Source: Eledone cirrhosa
Lineage: Eukaryota
Direction: 5' to 3'
DNA: 64,000 nt
Assembly (NCBI GenBank): GCA_964016885.1
Contig: OZ024740.1
Span: 341,000,001 to 341,064,000, forward strand
This document shows, piece after piece, positions 39,110 to 52,350 of this stretch. A program made the translations under genes and the position numbers. The notes below the pieces were generated by a model that made no database searches, was not told the DNA's origin, and was given only the letters and a program-made list of their open reading frames with translations. The stretch's first letter is position 1. Each line of letters begins with the position of its first letter.

Positions 39110-41841
39110 AGGCGCTGCCCGTGGTGGAAGTCTTCGTGAGAGGAAAGCCACAGCAAGCCCTCGTGGACACGGGCTGAACGACGACACTGGTGACCGCGGG
39201 GGTGGCGCAGAGGTGGAGAGGGAAGAGCAGCGTAAGGGCAGTCGACGGCAGGAAAATTGAATGCCGAGGTCGCAGCGAGATGGAAATAGCGGTACGGGGA
39301 AGGAAAATAAGGCTTTCTGCCATCGTAGTTGACAACGTGGTGGATGGGATCGGCGTGGTTATGGGCATGGACGCAATTGGCCGTCTAGAAGGCGTCACAG
39401 TGAACAACGTCGGTGTGTCGTTTGGCGGCGCTGTGAGTACGCGACTGGAGAACCAGAAGGCCCACGAGGAGAAATACCCCGCTTACACTGTGCAGGACAA
39501 AGACTTCAAGGCCGTGTTCGATGGGCAGCGATGGGTTGTTGAGTGGTACTGGAAGGGAGAACCATCAACATGAAGACCAAAGTGGGCTGCTATCAACACA
39601 CATTGAAGGGAAACATTAGGAGCGAGAGGTAGAGAGATGGATTGAAGAGGGCATACTGCTTCCCTGGAAAGAGGAGGTGAAGTGCGGAGTATTGCCGTTA
39701 ATGGCGGTGACGCAACCCACGAAGAACAAGGTGAGGCTGGTGCTGGACTTTCGGGAGCTGAACGAGCACGTGTCATGCCACACGGGTGGCGAGGTCATGG
39801 ATGTCTGTGGGGAAACCCTGCATGAGTGCAGACGCATGACGGGGGGTTCAGCAATCGTAGATCTAAAGTCGGCATACTTGCAATTTCATATTGATGAGAA
39901 GCTCTGGCAGTATCAGCTGGTCAGGTATAAGGGCCGAACATATTGCCTGACCAGGCTCGGTTTCGGGCTGAGCTCCTCACCGAAGATCATGGCGGCGGTC
40001 CTCAACACCATTCTTGGAAAGGCCGACAAGATGAAGAGGGCCACTAACTCCTACATTGACGAGATCCTAGTGGACGAGTCTGTTGTGTCGGCGGCGGAGG
40101 TCACGAGCCATTTACAGGGGTATGGACTGGCTGCGAAGCCGTCAGAAGCGTTGGAGGGAGGAGCCGCGCTGGGACTTAGGCTACGGCGAGACAGGACGGG
40201 CGTCTTGGTATTCCAGAGGGGAAATGAAGTTCCAGAACTGGGCCCAAGTATGAGTAGGCGGGAGCTTTTCTCGGTGTGTGGAAAGTTGGTGGGTCACTAC
40301 CCGATTGCTGGATGGCTCCGGACGGCATGCAGCTATGTCAAGAGACGAGTGGGAGAGAGGACGGTGGCCATGATGCAGGAGATCGTGGGGAGGGTGAAGG
40401 CCGACGACCCAGTGCGGAGACGCTGGTATATTCCCAAATCGCAGAGCGGGACCGTATGGTGCGATGCCAGCAGCATAGCGCTGGGTGTCACGTTGGAGAT
40501 AGGAGGTATTGAGGTCAAGGATGCAGCCTGGCTTAGGAAGAAGGACGACTGCAACCACATCAATGTGGTCGAACTGGACGCAGTGTTGAGAGGGGTGAAC
40601 CTCGCCTTGAGGTGGGACTGCGCACCATCGAGATACGCACCGACTCGGCTACTATACTCGGATGGGTGAGATCAGTGCTCACCAGTGAGAAGAGAGTGCG
40701 AACGAGAGGGGCAGCGGAGATGCTGATAAAGCGCCGCCTGGGAACTTTAGGAGAGCTGGCCACCGAGTTCGACCTGAGGCTGAGCGTAGTTTTCGTACCC
40801 TCAGAGAAAAATAGGGCGGACGTCTTAACTAGGGTGAAGAAAGCCTGGATGGAAGCGCCGGAGGAGGTAGGAGATGAGATAGCTGCCGTGTGTCGGGTGA
40901 CCGAGTCGGATCTGAAAGGGTTGCATGACATGCACCACGTGGGAGTGGATAGGAGCCTGTTCCTAGCCAGGAGAATCGACTCGGACGTTAACAGACAGAG
41001 TGTTCAAAGGGTGGTTAGAGGCTGCGTCCGATGTCAGTCCATTGGTCCCGCCCCGGGTTTTCACGAAACGGGAAGCCTCCCGGTGGATCGCGATTGGCGG
41101 TGGATGTAAGGCACTACCGATAGGGAACGTACCTCTCGATGGTCGACTGTGGACCAGGACGGATGGCGATATGGAGGGAGATGAAGACTGGAACGGCCGA
41201 GGAAATCATGCGGACGTTGAAAGAGGTGTTCTTGGAGCGGGGCCCTGTGGACGAACTGCTGATGGACAACAGCGCAGCGTTCCGCTCGGAGGCGCTGAGG
41301 GAGATGCTCGATGGATGGAAGGTGGACAGTTTTTTCAGAGCAGCGCACAGACCGAGCGGGAATGGAATTGTGGAGCGACACCACCGGACGATCAAGGCAA
41401 TGGCGGAGCGGGGCCATATCTCACCAATGGAGGCAGTGTTCTGGTACATGTCCCCTCGGGTGGGATAGGTCGAGGAATCGGTGCCACACAGAGCAGTATT
41501 TAGATATGAGTGGCGGCACCCGTGCACGCCACCACAACGGCCAGTGGGGAGAGAGAGTGCAGGTGGGCGAAGAAGTCTGGGTTAAGCCCCCAGATGCATG
41601 TTGCACATCTCAATGGGGAAGGGGAACGGTGACGGCCGTAAATTCCCAGAACAATGTGTCCGTGGACGGAGTACCACGTCATGTCCTGGATGTCCGTAGA
41701 ATCACTGTGTCAACAGACTCCGAGGAAGAGGAAACCCAAAGTGCCGCTCCAACACTGCGGAGATCGCAAAGAAGTCGCAAACCGCCAACCTGGACAGCAG
41801 ACTTTCATATGCAGAAGGACGAGGGGGAAATTGATCCTTGA
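39058..41841 (+). pseudogene. pol: gypsy Pol (PR-RT-RNase H-IN, disrupted)
   Basis: ALVDTG; LDFRELN, DLKSAYLQ, LGFGL, YIDE (mutated YxDD); WCDAS, INVVEL, TDS, NRADVLTR; HHCC (HDMHH..CVRC), MDNSAAF, GNGIVER; multiple stops and frameshifts. Confidence 0.9.
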
Positions 41842-42531
41842 GATCAGGGGGGCGTGTGGGTATGGTATGGCGTGCGGTAGCCGGAAGCTGGGGAATGCTC
41901 GACCGGAAGGGCCAGCAGATCGGCCTAGTGGTGACCAGGAACGGAGTGGACGCGAGTTTTGGCAGCTCCCGGTATTAATGAGTTGGACGCACGTGGAAGA
42001 GGAGAAACCAGCAATGGGATTTAGCGGCGCCTATGAAAAGCGGTAAGTCAGATAGCTTTTTCTAACCACATATTACACTAGCCCTGGCCGGCTATTAGGC
42101 ACCAAACATTTTGCCAGACTCAACATATGATGAGGTTTTATTACCACCGCTATCAGAAGCGATAAATTTGAAGGCAATTTCTACCAATACTTGTGGGTTT
42201 TTATTGCTCATTATCGACAATAAATGACATTGAACAGAAATGATAACTGTCAAAGCTCACAATACTGATCAAAGGACACCAATGTCTGAATCATTTACGT
42301 CGAATATTCATAGCAGTGAAGCAATTTCTACCAATACTTGTTGGTATTTATTGCGCAACATAGCAGTGAAAGTAATTTTTACCTATACTTGTTTGTTTTT
42401 ATTGCTCATAACGACATTAAATTAAATTGAACATAAATGATATATCTGTCAAAGCTCACAATACTGATCAAAGGACACCAATGTCCGAATCATTTACGTC
42501 GCTTATTGATAGCATTAAAGATATGCATACA

Positions 42532-45500
42532 TCAGCTCAAAGCTTCATTATAGACATTATTCAGAGTTGTTCCTTTGTTAGTGGTATCAATTGCAAATTT
42601 AATACCATCAGGATCGCACACTCGAGATGCAGCAACATACAGTTGCTCATGGCTGAATGCTGGATCATTCAAGTAGACACTATAGCGAGAATACTAGGTT
42701 GCATGAATGTAACAAGGAATACATTGTTTGTGTGTATAATATTTAATTAACAATGGTAGATAGTATAGTTGACATGTCAAAGATGAGGATGGTAGAATGA
42801 AGCAAAGTTAGTAGTTACCGTTTTGATTGCCAGGCAAACGCGGCTGGCAGAGGACGCCTGGCTAAGGCCAGGCGCCTGTTGGCCAAATGAATGGCAGAGC
42901 CAAATGAGAGGCTCTTGACCTGGTGCCGAAAAGGCAATGAGAGAGTGAGAACCTAAAGTTGTTAGTTTTATAGGGTTCTGACCGGAAGTTACAGAAAGGG
43001 TTCTACTTCCCGTCTGGATGTTAATCCAAACAAGGGAGACAACCGCTACAACACCGACTCGCTTCAAAGTCTGTCCCTGTGCCTTGTTGACAGTCATGGA
43101 GAAGACCAAATTGACGGGAAACTGTCTCCTTTGCCAAATGAATGGCAGCAGATCTTCACTTGGTCTCAACATGATCCTCAGAATGAGAACCGATTCCTCT
43201 CTGCCTGGGAGTTTAGCTTCTAAAACTCTTCCGTTAATCAATCTCTCAACAATCAATCTGGTACCATTGCAAAGACCCATTTTATGATTGATATTTCTAA
43301 GCAATATAATCGGCATACCCTTTTTCAACCTCAAAATATATGGGGGAAATCTGGGTATTTGAAGTGAATTCAGATACACAGTCGGAACATCCATATTGTT
43401 CTGCTGATTAGGCTCCATTGCATCCGCACTGACAGTCAACCATTCCTCACCAGGAATCATTCCGGCTACTTGTGAATTTATTTCATCGACCGTTGCATTC
43501 GTATGAGTTAGAATAATGCGTTCCGATATCCAGGAGATATTCTGCCAAAAAGCATTCAAATTAGGGAACACCCAGCCAATCAATGCTTGGCGGTTCAGTG
43601 GCATGACCAAATGGTCTGGGATTCTTACAGTCTGATTATCACCAACGTGTGGCAATTCATCGTTTCCCAACTGCATCAACCATCGGCCGTATGTCTCAGC
43701 CTCTTCGTTTTGCCCGAACATACGAAGTCGCATATTATCGTGTAATCGCAAAACTCTGAAATGGCACCACAACGGGGACTTTTTCAGACATGCATCGAAA
43801 ATTTGCGCTCTTTGAGCATTCCTAACAATTGGTAGCACCTGTCTGAAATCGCCACCAAGAACGATAGTCTTACCACCGAATGGCAGATATCCCGCAGATA
43901 TCCCTCAAAGTTCTGTCCATGCCTCCAACAAATATCTGTGTGCCATTGGAGCATCGTCCCAAATAATCAGAGACGAATTGCGTATAAGGCCCGCGAGTTC
44001 ACTTTGTCCTGTAATGTTACAGACACTCAACTCATCCGGAGCCAATGGAGCCTTGAAGCATGAGTGGAAGGTCCTTCCACCACTCAGCAAAGTGGCAGCG
44101 ATCCCACTGGTGGCCACAGAGAGAGCAATCTTCCTCTGAGCTCTGACTGCCGATAACTTAGTGTTGAAACAGAATGTCTTTCCGGTGCCTCCTGGAGCAT
44201 CTATGAAAGCACAAAGTTGTTCATTAGTGGAAATCGAGTGGAGAACGCCATCGACCAATTCTCTCTGAGATTGGGTCAACATTGGCATACGTTAATCCAC
44301 AATACGTTGCTGTTCCAGTGGATCAAACTGGAATAGTACCCTCAGATCGAGTGGCAACCGTATAAGCTGCAATCTCATGTTCAATGCTAAGACACGTTGC
44401 CGCATTTCTTCATCAGGAATTGGCAAATTGAAATCTGTTAAACATTTGAAATGAACTTCAAGCAGTTGCTCAATATTGAGCAAAACAATAGCTTTCATCA
44501 AATTTTCATCATCGACCTGAAGATGATGCCTAAAATCATCAGCCGTAATTCCCCAATGGCGTTCAAATAACTCTCTTGGATCGGCAGGATTGCAGAATCC
44601 TAGAATCGTGACAAACAACTGCCTTATTTGAGCCGGCATCTGTGTTGTTCCTGCAGCTTACATGGCGTTATTCCATCCAGCGTCATTCTGAAGGAGTCCC
44701 AGATGCTGACACACAGCCTGGTATGTTTCATATTCCACGCCATTGATTGTTTTCAAATCAGCAAAGCTCTGTTTACCTCTCGAAAAATCATTATGCAACA
44801 GAATTCGGAGATAAAACACATCACCAGATGCTGGATGGACATTACAAACCCGTCCAATAGTCATGAATCTCAACTTTTGTTTTCTATCATTCCATTTCTT
44901 TCCCTTCTTATCACACGTATAGTGCGAAGGGAAATCGCAGTAGAGTTGCCTTTGATCCGGGTTCAAAGCATGTTCCCTATTATGCTTGAACCACTCAGTC
45001 AATTCCGTCTTAGGAGGTGGTGCGTTAGCAATTCTTTCGACACCTCTTCTAGTGTCCTGAAAACAGACCATTTGCTTATTCTCTAAGTGAACCGTCAGTT
45101 TCTGAACGCTGGGTTTGCGTTTATTGAGATCAAAATCGAACAATCTCCAGCAAGCTTCGCTAGATCCAATCGAGTGAACATCCTGGAACCTGCCAACTTC
45201 ATCTCCTTGGTTCGCTTCCTCATTCCTGACATTGATCATTGCCCGATCATGACCTTTGTAAACATATTTGAATAGATATTTGCAAGCTTTCACTGAGCTA
45301 CAAATTTCCACATTAATATGACAATGATATTTCATAATCAAATATGGATTGTATGGAACAACCCATTGATTTGTAACCTGTCGACCGTTTACATTTTAGA
45401 CCAAACGCCATCTGCAGGCGACCGTCTTCTGTATGGGGGATGAGCATCCCCATCGTTCCAGGAAGTATTCGTGACAAAAGATTTCGGAAAGTGCTTACTG

Positions 45501-47497
45501 CATTGGCCATTTTTCATGCAAGGCGATTTCCGATTTGCCACTCCGCATTGGTTGTGCACCATTGACTTTGCCACCAAGTTGCGTAGTGCCTCATTCTCCG
45601 GCAGTTCAGCACACACAATGCTGTCGACATCCTCAGTACATCTCAATTTTCAATCTCTATGTAAAATGATCAGCAAATGTGCATGTGGCAATCCTCTTTT
45701 TTGGAATTCAATTACGTATGTGAAAGCAACTATACCTCCATAGATTCCCTCTTTTTCCACATTATCCATTATCTTTTTCAGATATCCTTTGAATACTCTT
45801 GCCACAATATCAGGATGGTCCTTTGGCTGTTGTCCTGGCAAAAGTGCATCCTTAATATCAGTCCATTCAGGATTGCATGTAACCGTTATGAACAAATCTG
45901 GCTTTCCAAACTTTCTGACAATAGCCATTGCATCCTGATAGCGAATGCTCATATATCTCGGGCCGCCGATGAACGACGATGGCAAAATGATGCGTCGACC
46001 AATTTGCTTGTAATTGGCACCATCGGCTGTTATGGCATCCTGTATATTATTATACAATTCAGCTCTGATATGTTGCTGATGTGTAGTTATATAATTTAGC
46101 CTTTGATTTTCGATCTTTGCGAATGCCATACAACAGTATTCCTGGAACAATCTGCTGGCTTGAAATAGCGCATTTCTCTGTTGATTCCTCTCGTTCAAAT
46201 GGAACGCGTAAAAGTCGTGAATCGAATTATTGTGTCTATTGTCACCTCCCCGTTGATGCTGATTCTCATGATCTTCTAAATGAACAGACATGTTCCATCC
46301 ATTTTCACCTTTTGGGAATAAAAGAACATAATGCAATGGATTTGCCCTATTTGACTCATTGATAATCTTGAGACCACCATCTCTGCGATTGAGGACAGTA
46401 TCTCTCGATCCAGGCTTGTCGTCCATCAACACAGCAACTTCACGAAATCCTTCAGGGGCATTATATCGCCGTTCGTGTTGATTCCTTGGCACTGCGTCAG
46501 CCTTAATCACCACTGTTTGCTGCTGAACATTTTGCAGTTCAGCCACCAATATGAAATCCATAGCATAAGGATTACACTGTCTAAGCCATGATTGCAAATC
46601 ACGGATCAAATCACTTAACCTTTGCCGTTCAAGTTCAGTTATATTTCCCGGCAACTTCATCCAACCGATCCTGATATCCTGCTCCGATTCACTAAAACCT
46701 GGATCGTTAACGTAAATTTGAGTGAATCGAGGCCTCTCTCTCGAAGTAACTTCTAAATTACCGATACAATGATACAAACGGCCTTGAATGACTTCATTCG
46801 GTTGCCATGCTCCACTCTCAAACATCTCACTAACTCTCTGCGATGCTAAAGCTAATGAATTGCTAATTTGCCGCGAATATTTGCGCAGTAATCTACGTCG
46901 GTCTCCTTGATCACCCCACATACTTAGTATTTTAAACTCCGGTGACTCCTCATCATCCGGCATTCGCAAGGGTTCTAGTTGAACTGCTCCTTTATGACAG
47001 CACATTGTGGTCCGCGTCTTTTCGTGCCTCCAAAGCAATGCTCCACAATGTGGACACTCTGCTCGTCCACCAATCTGAAAATGACACGGTTGCCATGATT
47101 CATTTTTAATATCATCCGTTCGCCTTCTAGCCTCTTTACTGGAATGAGGAGCACTTTGGCGACACATTCTCTGAACTTCTGTATTGCGCTGGCGCTGTTC
47201 AGCCAGCTCCCCTTCATCCATCGCAGCACGCCGTTGCTGCTGAATTCTGGCCATCTGCTGATGATGCTCAGCCAGTTCGTCTTCAACCATCGCAGCACGC
47301 CGTCGCTGCTTGGATCCAGTATTTCGTTGGCGTTGTTCAGCCAGCTCCTCTTCATTCATGGCGGCACGTCTTTGCCTCTGAAGTTCGGCGTTCCAATGGC
47401 GCTGTTCGGCCCGTTTTTCTTCATTGCTGGCTGCACGCCGTCGCCGCTGTAGTTCACTGTTTGATAAAGTCGAATTGCTTTTATTATCAGTATTCAT
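42532..47497 (-). pseudogene. Helitron Rep/PIF1-like helicase (RepHel)
   Basis: N-terminal coiled repeats; CPHC..CC Zn finger; HUH Rep motifs PDLFITVTCNP, EFQKRGLPHAH and YLFKYVYKG; helicase motifs DAPGGTGKT, IIWDDAPM, GGDFRQVLP, MTVNKAQGQTL and FSHEQLYVAASRV; ends NNVYNEALS*; 3 in-frame stops (45650, 44658, 44292), 2 frameshifts (about 45400 and 43915) and an LTR insertion. Confidence 0.93.
42681..43050. mobile_element. 370-bp solo LTR inserted in the Helitron helicase
   Basis: Termini tatagcg..cgctaca (TGTAGCG..CGCTACA with one change); 4-bp TSD acac at 42677-42680 and 43051-43054; removing it restores KRVGVYLNDPAFSHEQLYVAASRV in frame. Confidence 0.85.
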
Positions 47498-48429
47498 TTC
47501 GAGCAATTGTCAAAAATTGACACAATAATAAATATAAAAGATGTCCGCAAATGTAAAGAAAGGTCCCTATTTACTCCCTTCACAACTCTGTGTATGTTAG
47601 ACTAACAGGCAAGCATACAGACAGATAAACTGCGTGGCGATTGTGGAACGCCACACACATACACGCAAACTTACACACGCACACACTCACACATGTTGAT
47701 AGTTTTTACTTTCTGTGGAACGCTACACGCACGCGCACGTACATACACACACACACATGTTAATAGTTATTGGACACAGCGTTCATATTCTCCCCTCTCA
47801 CTCCCTCATTGGCATTATGCATATTACTTTCAGTTTAGCGTCGTTGAGGTGGGCGGAGTCGTTTGAAACCTATGAACCAATGATAATCGAGAATTATGAC
47901 ACACGGAATACTGACGTTCTTGAAATTAATAAATAGATTTATAGATTTTTTGCGTAGTCCACTTTTAGTTACGCAGGGGTATTCAGGGTTTTCCCCCCAC
48001 AGCAATACTGCCAATCAACCATCCACTTTGTATTAATAATGTTGTTGTAGTCACATAGCTTCAAATCATCTCCAATCAAGCAGTTACACATCACTTAGAT
48101 AGTAAACCAAATAACAAGACATGACCCACAAATCCATATTCCATACCTCTGTCTAACTGAAGACCATACTGCACACTTTGACCTACAATGATGAATTATA
48201 TGAGGTGCAGTGTTACAGACTGGATGGAGGCCGTAGTAGAAGCAGTAGACAAAGGGGAATCAGTCAGAGCAGAGCATTCACTACCCCACACCACTGTTGG
48301 TAGTGTAAACCTCAGTAGTGTCTGGGACCAATGAATCAATGGATGTGACACCATTTCTGTGTCTATGTTTCTTTATGCTTGCCCAAGTTGAGTGAGAGAT
48401 GTAGCTATATTTTATTTTATTTTTTTTAA

Positions 48430-48642
48430 CTCTTTGGTATTTTACATTACTCTATATTTAGTATTGTATTTTTCTGGTAAACACTTTATTTCACATAATT
48501 ATCTCACATAAAATGGAATCTATGATATTATTTAATTTGAGAACAATACGTTAACATCAGTATGAGCAGCCAGTTATGGCGGGTTTGAACAGAAAGAGGT
48601 GAGTAATTCTGGCTGGATACAGCTAGTTTAAATGCTAAAGGG
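48430..48642. mobile_element. TTAA-flanked piggyBac-like MITE, family 2
   Basis: ttaa-ctctttggtattt ... aaatgctaaaggg-ttaa; copies at 19258-19406, 36111-36158 (left stub), 54085-54281 and 59745-60006 (inverted). Confidence 0.7.
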
Positions 48643-49499
48643 TTAATGGTGTTGCAGGATTGTTCTGGTGTGGTATATGTATGTATCTGGATGTTTGGAG
48701 GTAATTTTTTTTTTTTTGTATAGTGGTAGAGATAGTGCAGGCCAGGAGAGAAATGGGCAAGGAGGAGGTGCTGAAGATTTCTGTGACAATGCTGTAACTC
48801 TTGCTTGGTTAGAATGAAGAATCCTCTTCACAGTTACTTAACCTGCCAGAAGTTGTAGCCCAATCTTCCTTAAATCATAATATAATAAAGTGAGGAGTGC
48901 AGGACTATATATTTTTTTATCCCGTTAGTAAAATAAGTCGGATTACTTTGAATAAATAATGAATGACTATTATATAACTGTTGATTAAACATAAATATTC
49001 TTATATATAATTGTTTCTACTTAGGGCACAAGGCCAGCAATTACCCAGTGCATTACTGGTACTTTATTTTATCGACCCCGTAAGGATGAAAGGCAAAGTC
49101 AACCTCAGCGGGATTTGAACTCAGATCGTAATGCTGGAAAGCATTAATGATTGCTTATTTTAATGATTGCTTATTTTAAGATTCGCTTCTTTAAAAATGT
49201 TCAAATGTCAATACTTCCAGTTATGATATAATGGATGCTATATTATATTGTTTATATAAATGTTCATATATTTGCATCGTTATACCATAACGTTTATATT
49301 GCGTATAATATCAATATGCACACTACACATGCTAGCAGAAAACCACGCAAAGGGTGGTTTTTTTCTGCTAGTATTACTTAATGATCTTAAAATTATAAAC
49401 ATATCAGATAATGGTAATTTTATACAATGTAGTAGAATATATCATAGCAAGTATACCATTAAATTTATACAAGGACTTTCTGCTGGTATCTGTGTAGAA

Positions 49500-49666
49500 C
49501 AAGGTTTCCCAAACTTTTTCAAACGCGGAACCCTTTTTGGTTCAGAAACTTTTGGGGGAATCCCAACGTCTAATACTGTTATATGGTCGTAATAGAAATA
49601 TATTCCTCTAACTTTTTTCACGAAACCCCAGACACTGCTTCGCAGAACCCACTTTTGGAACCACTG
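49500..49666. mobile_element. hAT (Charlie-like) MITE
   Basis: TIRs caaggtttcccaaac / ttttggaaccactg; 8-bp TSD gtgtagaa / gtatagac. Confidence 0.7.
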
Positions 49667-50549
49667 GTATAGACATTAAGTGGGGTGGATTTAACAATCT
49701 TTATGATATGTAAATCTTCTTGTATATATTAGAACCCATTCAGATACTAACATGAAACTGTGATATAGATTTAATCTTTTCGTTACTATATTTCTAATGA
49801 AATACAATGCCTGTGTATTTCAATTTTGAAAATAATCAACAATTTGTGTGGATTTCATTATATAATTTTCTCATTATTAAGCTGGTGTTTGGAAACATAG
49901 CTTAAAGGTTTTTCATAAAATTATTATGGAAGGTTTTTAGATAGATATAAACACTTTAAAGAAAACAGTTTTGTATCATAGAACCAGGGGCTGTTTAGAC
50001 AGTTTGTTAACAAAAGTGTTAAATATATTGTAAGTAGATACAAAGTGGTACAAAAGTCACTTTCCCTTTTGAATTTGACCACTCTTCTAATTTTATGTAA
50101 AACCCTTTGTTAAGCTTTGTTCCAAACAACTAGCTTAATAATGAGAAAATTAGTTATATTACTAAATCCATCCAAATTATTGATTATTTTCAAAATGATT
50201 TGAAAATTTTAGACAGTGTCTTTCATTACAAATATAGTAAGAAATGGTTAAAGAAGAAGTTTATATAAGCAGGCCCAAACAGACCAGGAGCTACAGAATG
50301 ATATTCAATAAAAAAAATTAGAGCATTAGCTTAGAATTATTATGAACTGCCATAGATCATGGAATACTGTAGAATGGGTTTGATTCTGTAAAGCTTAAAA
50401 CGGAAGTGATTTACGAGATGTTATATTTCACAGATAGTAATTTACAAGGTCCTATATATATATATATATATCGTTTCTGAATTTGTTTAGCAAGATTCTT
50501 TATCTGAAAACCTATTGTTAAGCTTTGTTAAGCTATTGTTACCTATAGT

Positions 50550-52350
50550 AATGATTATCTAGATACATATGGCCTTAGCAACCTGTGCCCTACAAGACCA
50601 GCAAGAGGCAGACCACCTACCATTACCTCAATGGCCAAGAAAACCCACACAGATAGATGGAACGGGTGGACCAGAGCCATATCGACCCCCGAAAACTACG
50701 ATGAACTAAAGAAAATGATTGCACATGCGGTGGGGGCCAGCATAAAATTAACCCTTAAGGAACATATGTTCAAATTTAATGGAAAAACATATGCCCAAAA
50801 GGAGGGAGCAGCCATTGGTGTTAGCATTGCTGGTGACATAGCTAACCTATTCATGGTATGGTGGGACAATAGACTTAAACTTAAACTTAAAGAACAATTA
50901 GAAGACAGCAACCCCTTAACCCTGATAATGTACTCCCGCTACGTTGATGATATAAACATCGTAGTAAAAACACCCCCACTAGAGAACAGTCAGGAATTAG
51001 AGAAAAACACCATGGAAAGCATCCAGCAAATAGCTAACTCCATCCACCAGAGTATTAGAGTTACTATAGACTACCCAAGCAAACACCCCAACCATCGATT
51101 ACCTGTACTAGACACAGAGCTCTGGTTAGATACCATTAAAAACAAATCCTCCATTCCCATTATGCCAAACCCATGACTTCCAAATACCTGATCCACCGAA
51201 ACTCAGCTGTTTTGGACCATACCAAAATCAACATACTGATTGCGGATTTGGTACGGGTGATGAGAAACGTATCCCACATGTGCAACCCCAAAGAACTAGA
51301 GAGACACATACAACACTTCATCCACCGTATGCAGTTCTCTGGTTGCAATCAGAGAGATAAAATCAGAGTATATAGAGGAGCCAGAACCAAATGGGAAAAA
51401 ATGGTAAATAATGACACAAATGGGACCTGCCCCTTGTATAGGAGCAAATTTTGGAATAGAATAAAAAGAACTAGGAATAAGGTTAATAGAATAAACTCAT
51501 GGTATGATAGCAATAAATACCAGAGTGTAATGTTCATCGATACAACCCCTAGAGGTGAATTAGCTTACAAATTTAGAAGGGCCCTAGATAAACATAAACT
51601 CAATATTAAGATAGTAGAAAGACCAGGTACCTCCATAAAAACACTTATTAGCAATACATTCCCTTTTCAAAGACCTCCCTGTATAGATATGAAATGTATA
51701 ATATGTAAAATAAGCCCCCATATTAACTGTAAAACTAGAAATGTAGTATATAGCATAAGATGTACTGAAGGACAATGTAGAGATAAGAATATAGTGTACA
51801 TAGGTGAGACAGCTCGTAGTATAGGGGAACGGATAAATGAACACTGGCGAGAGCTTCAAGATAGTAAAGAATCATCTGTACTCTACCAAAATGCTAAAAT
51901 AGAACATAAGGGTAAATTAGAGAACATAGAAATAAAAATAGAATCTACACACAGAAAAGACGCAATGTTTAGACAAATCACAGAGGCAATAAACATAAAT
52001 GAACTCCAACCAAAATTAAATAGAAAACATGAATGGAACAGCAACATCACAACTTACAATTAAGGACAAAATGAAAACACACACGCACATAGAACAAACA
52101 ACCAACCAGTAACATGTAAATAAACAAATATAAACACACACAGACACCCGGATGTAACACATGCGCAAACTAAGCACACAACACACACAAAAACAAGATG
52201 GCGTAGGACAGAACAAAGGAGAAGCACAAAAACAAAGAAAAGAATCCCCAGTCACTGAAGAGGTCACAGAATGTGTGACAAAAGAACTTTGACAATATAT
52301 AAACAATCATCTGGTTGTGGAACCAACCAACCAACCGGAAATTTATAAAT
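50550..52350 (+). mobile_element. Penelope-like element (RT plus GIY-YIG endonuclease), 5'-truncated, frameshifted
   Basis: QKEGAAIGVSIAGDIANLFM, SRYVDDI, LPVLD, HYAKPM; Cys linker CIDMKCIIC; VVYSIRC..VYIGETARSIGERINEH; PKLNRKHEW; stop at 52063; 3' boundary approximate. Confidence 0.9.
52251..52293 (+). ncRNA. Degenerate minimal hammerhead ribozyme in the Penelope 3' region
   Basis: GTCA-CTGAAGA-G-GTCACA/gaatg/TGTGAC-AAAA(for GAAA)-GAAC-TT-TGAC; stems I and II intact, core G12 changed to A. Confidence 0.6.

Larger units (their letters stand above)
37984..42070 (+). mobile_element. Full-length, decayed compact Ty3/gypsy LTR retrotransposon (4.09 kb)
   Basis: LTRs 37984-38237 and 41855-42070 (TG..CA); 5-bp TSD TATTA at 37979-37983 and 42071-42075; PPT aggggggcg at 41846-41854; domain order gag-PR-RT-RH-IN. 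Confidence 0.95.
42078..47937 (-). mobile_element. Autonomous-type Helitron (decayed)
   Basis: 5' A|TCTATTTATTAA at 47937 (alternative 47945); Rep-Hel gene; candidate 3' CTAG|T at 42081-42078 with only a weak hairpin; subterminal tandem duplications at 42170-42502. Confidence 0.85.

Noticed and set aside
42777-43050. Novel C-terminal domain on the Helitron helicase
   Set aside because: It is read-through into a solo LTR; the true C-terminus resumes at 42680.
42777-44288. Host PIF1 helicase gene
   Set aside because: Intronless, fused to an HUH Rep domain, bounded by Helitron termini and multiply disrupted.
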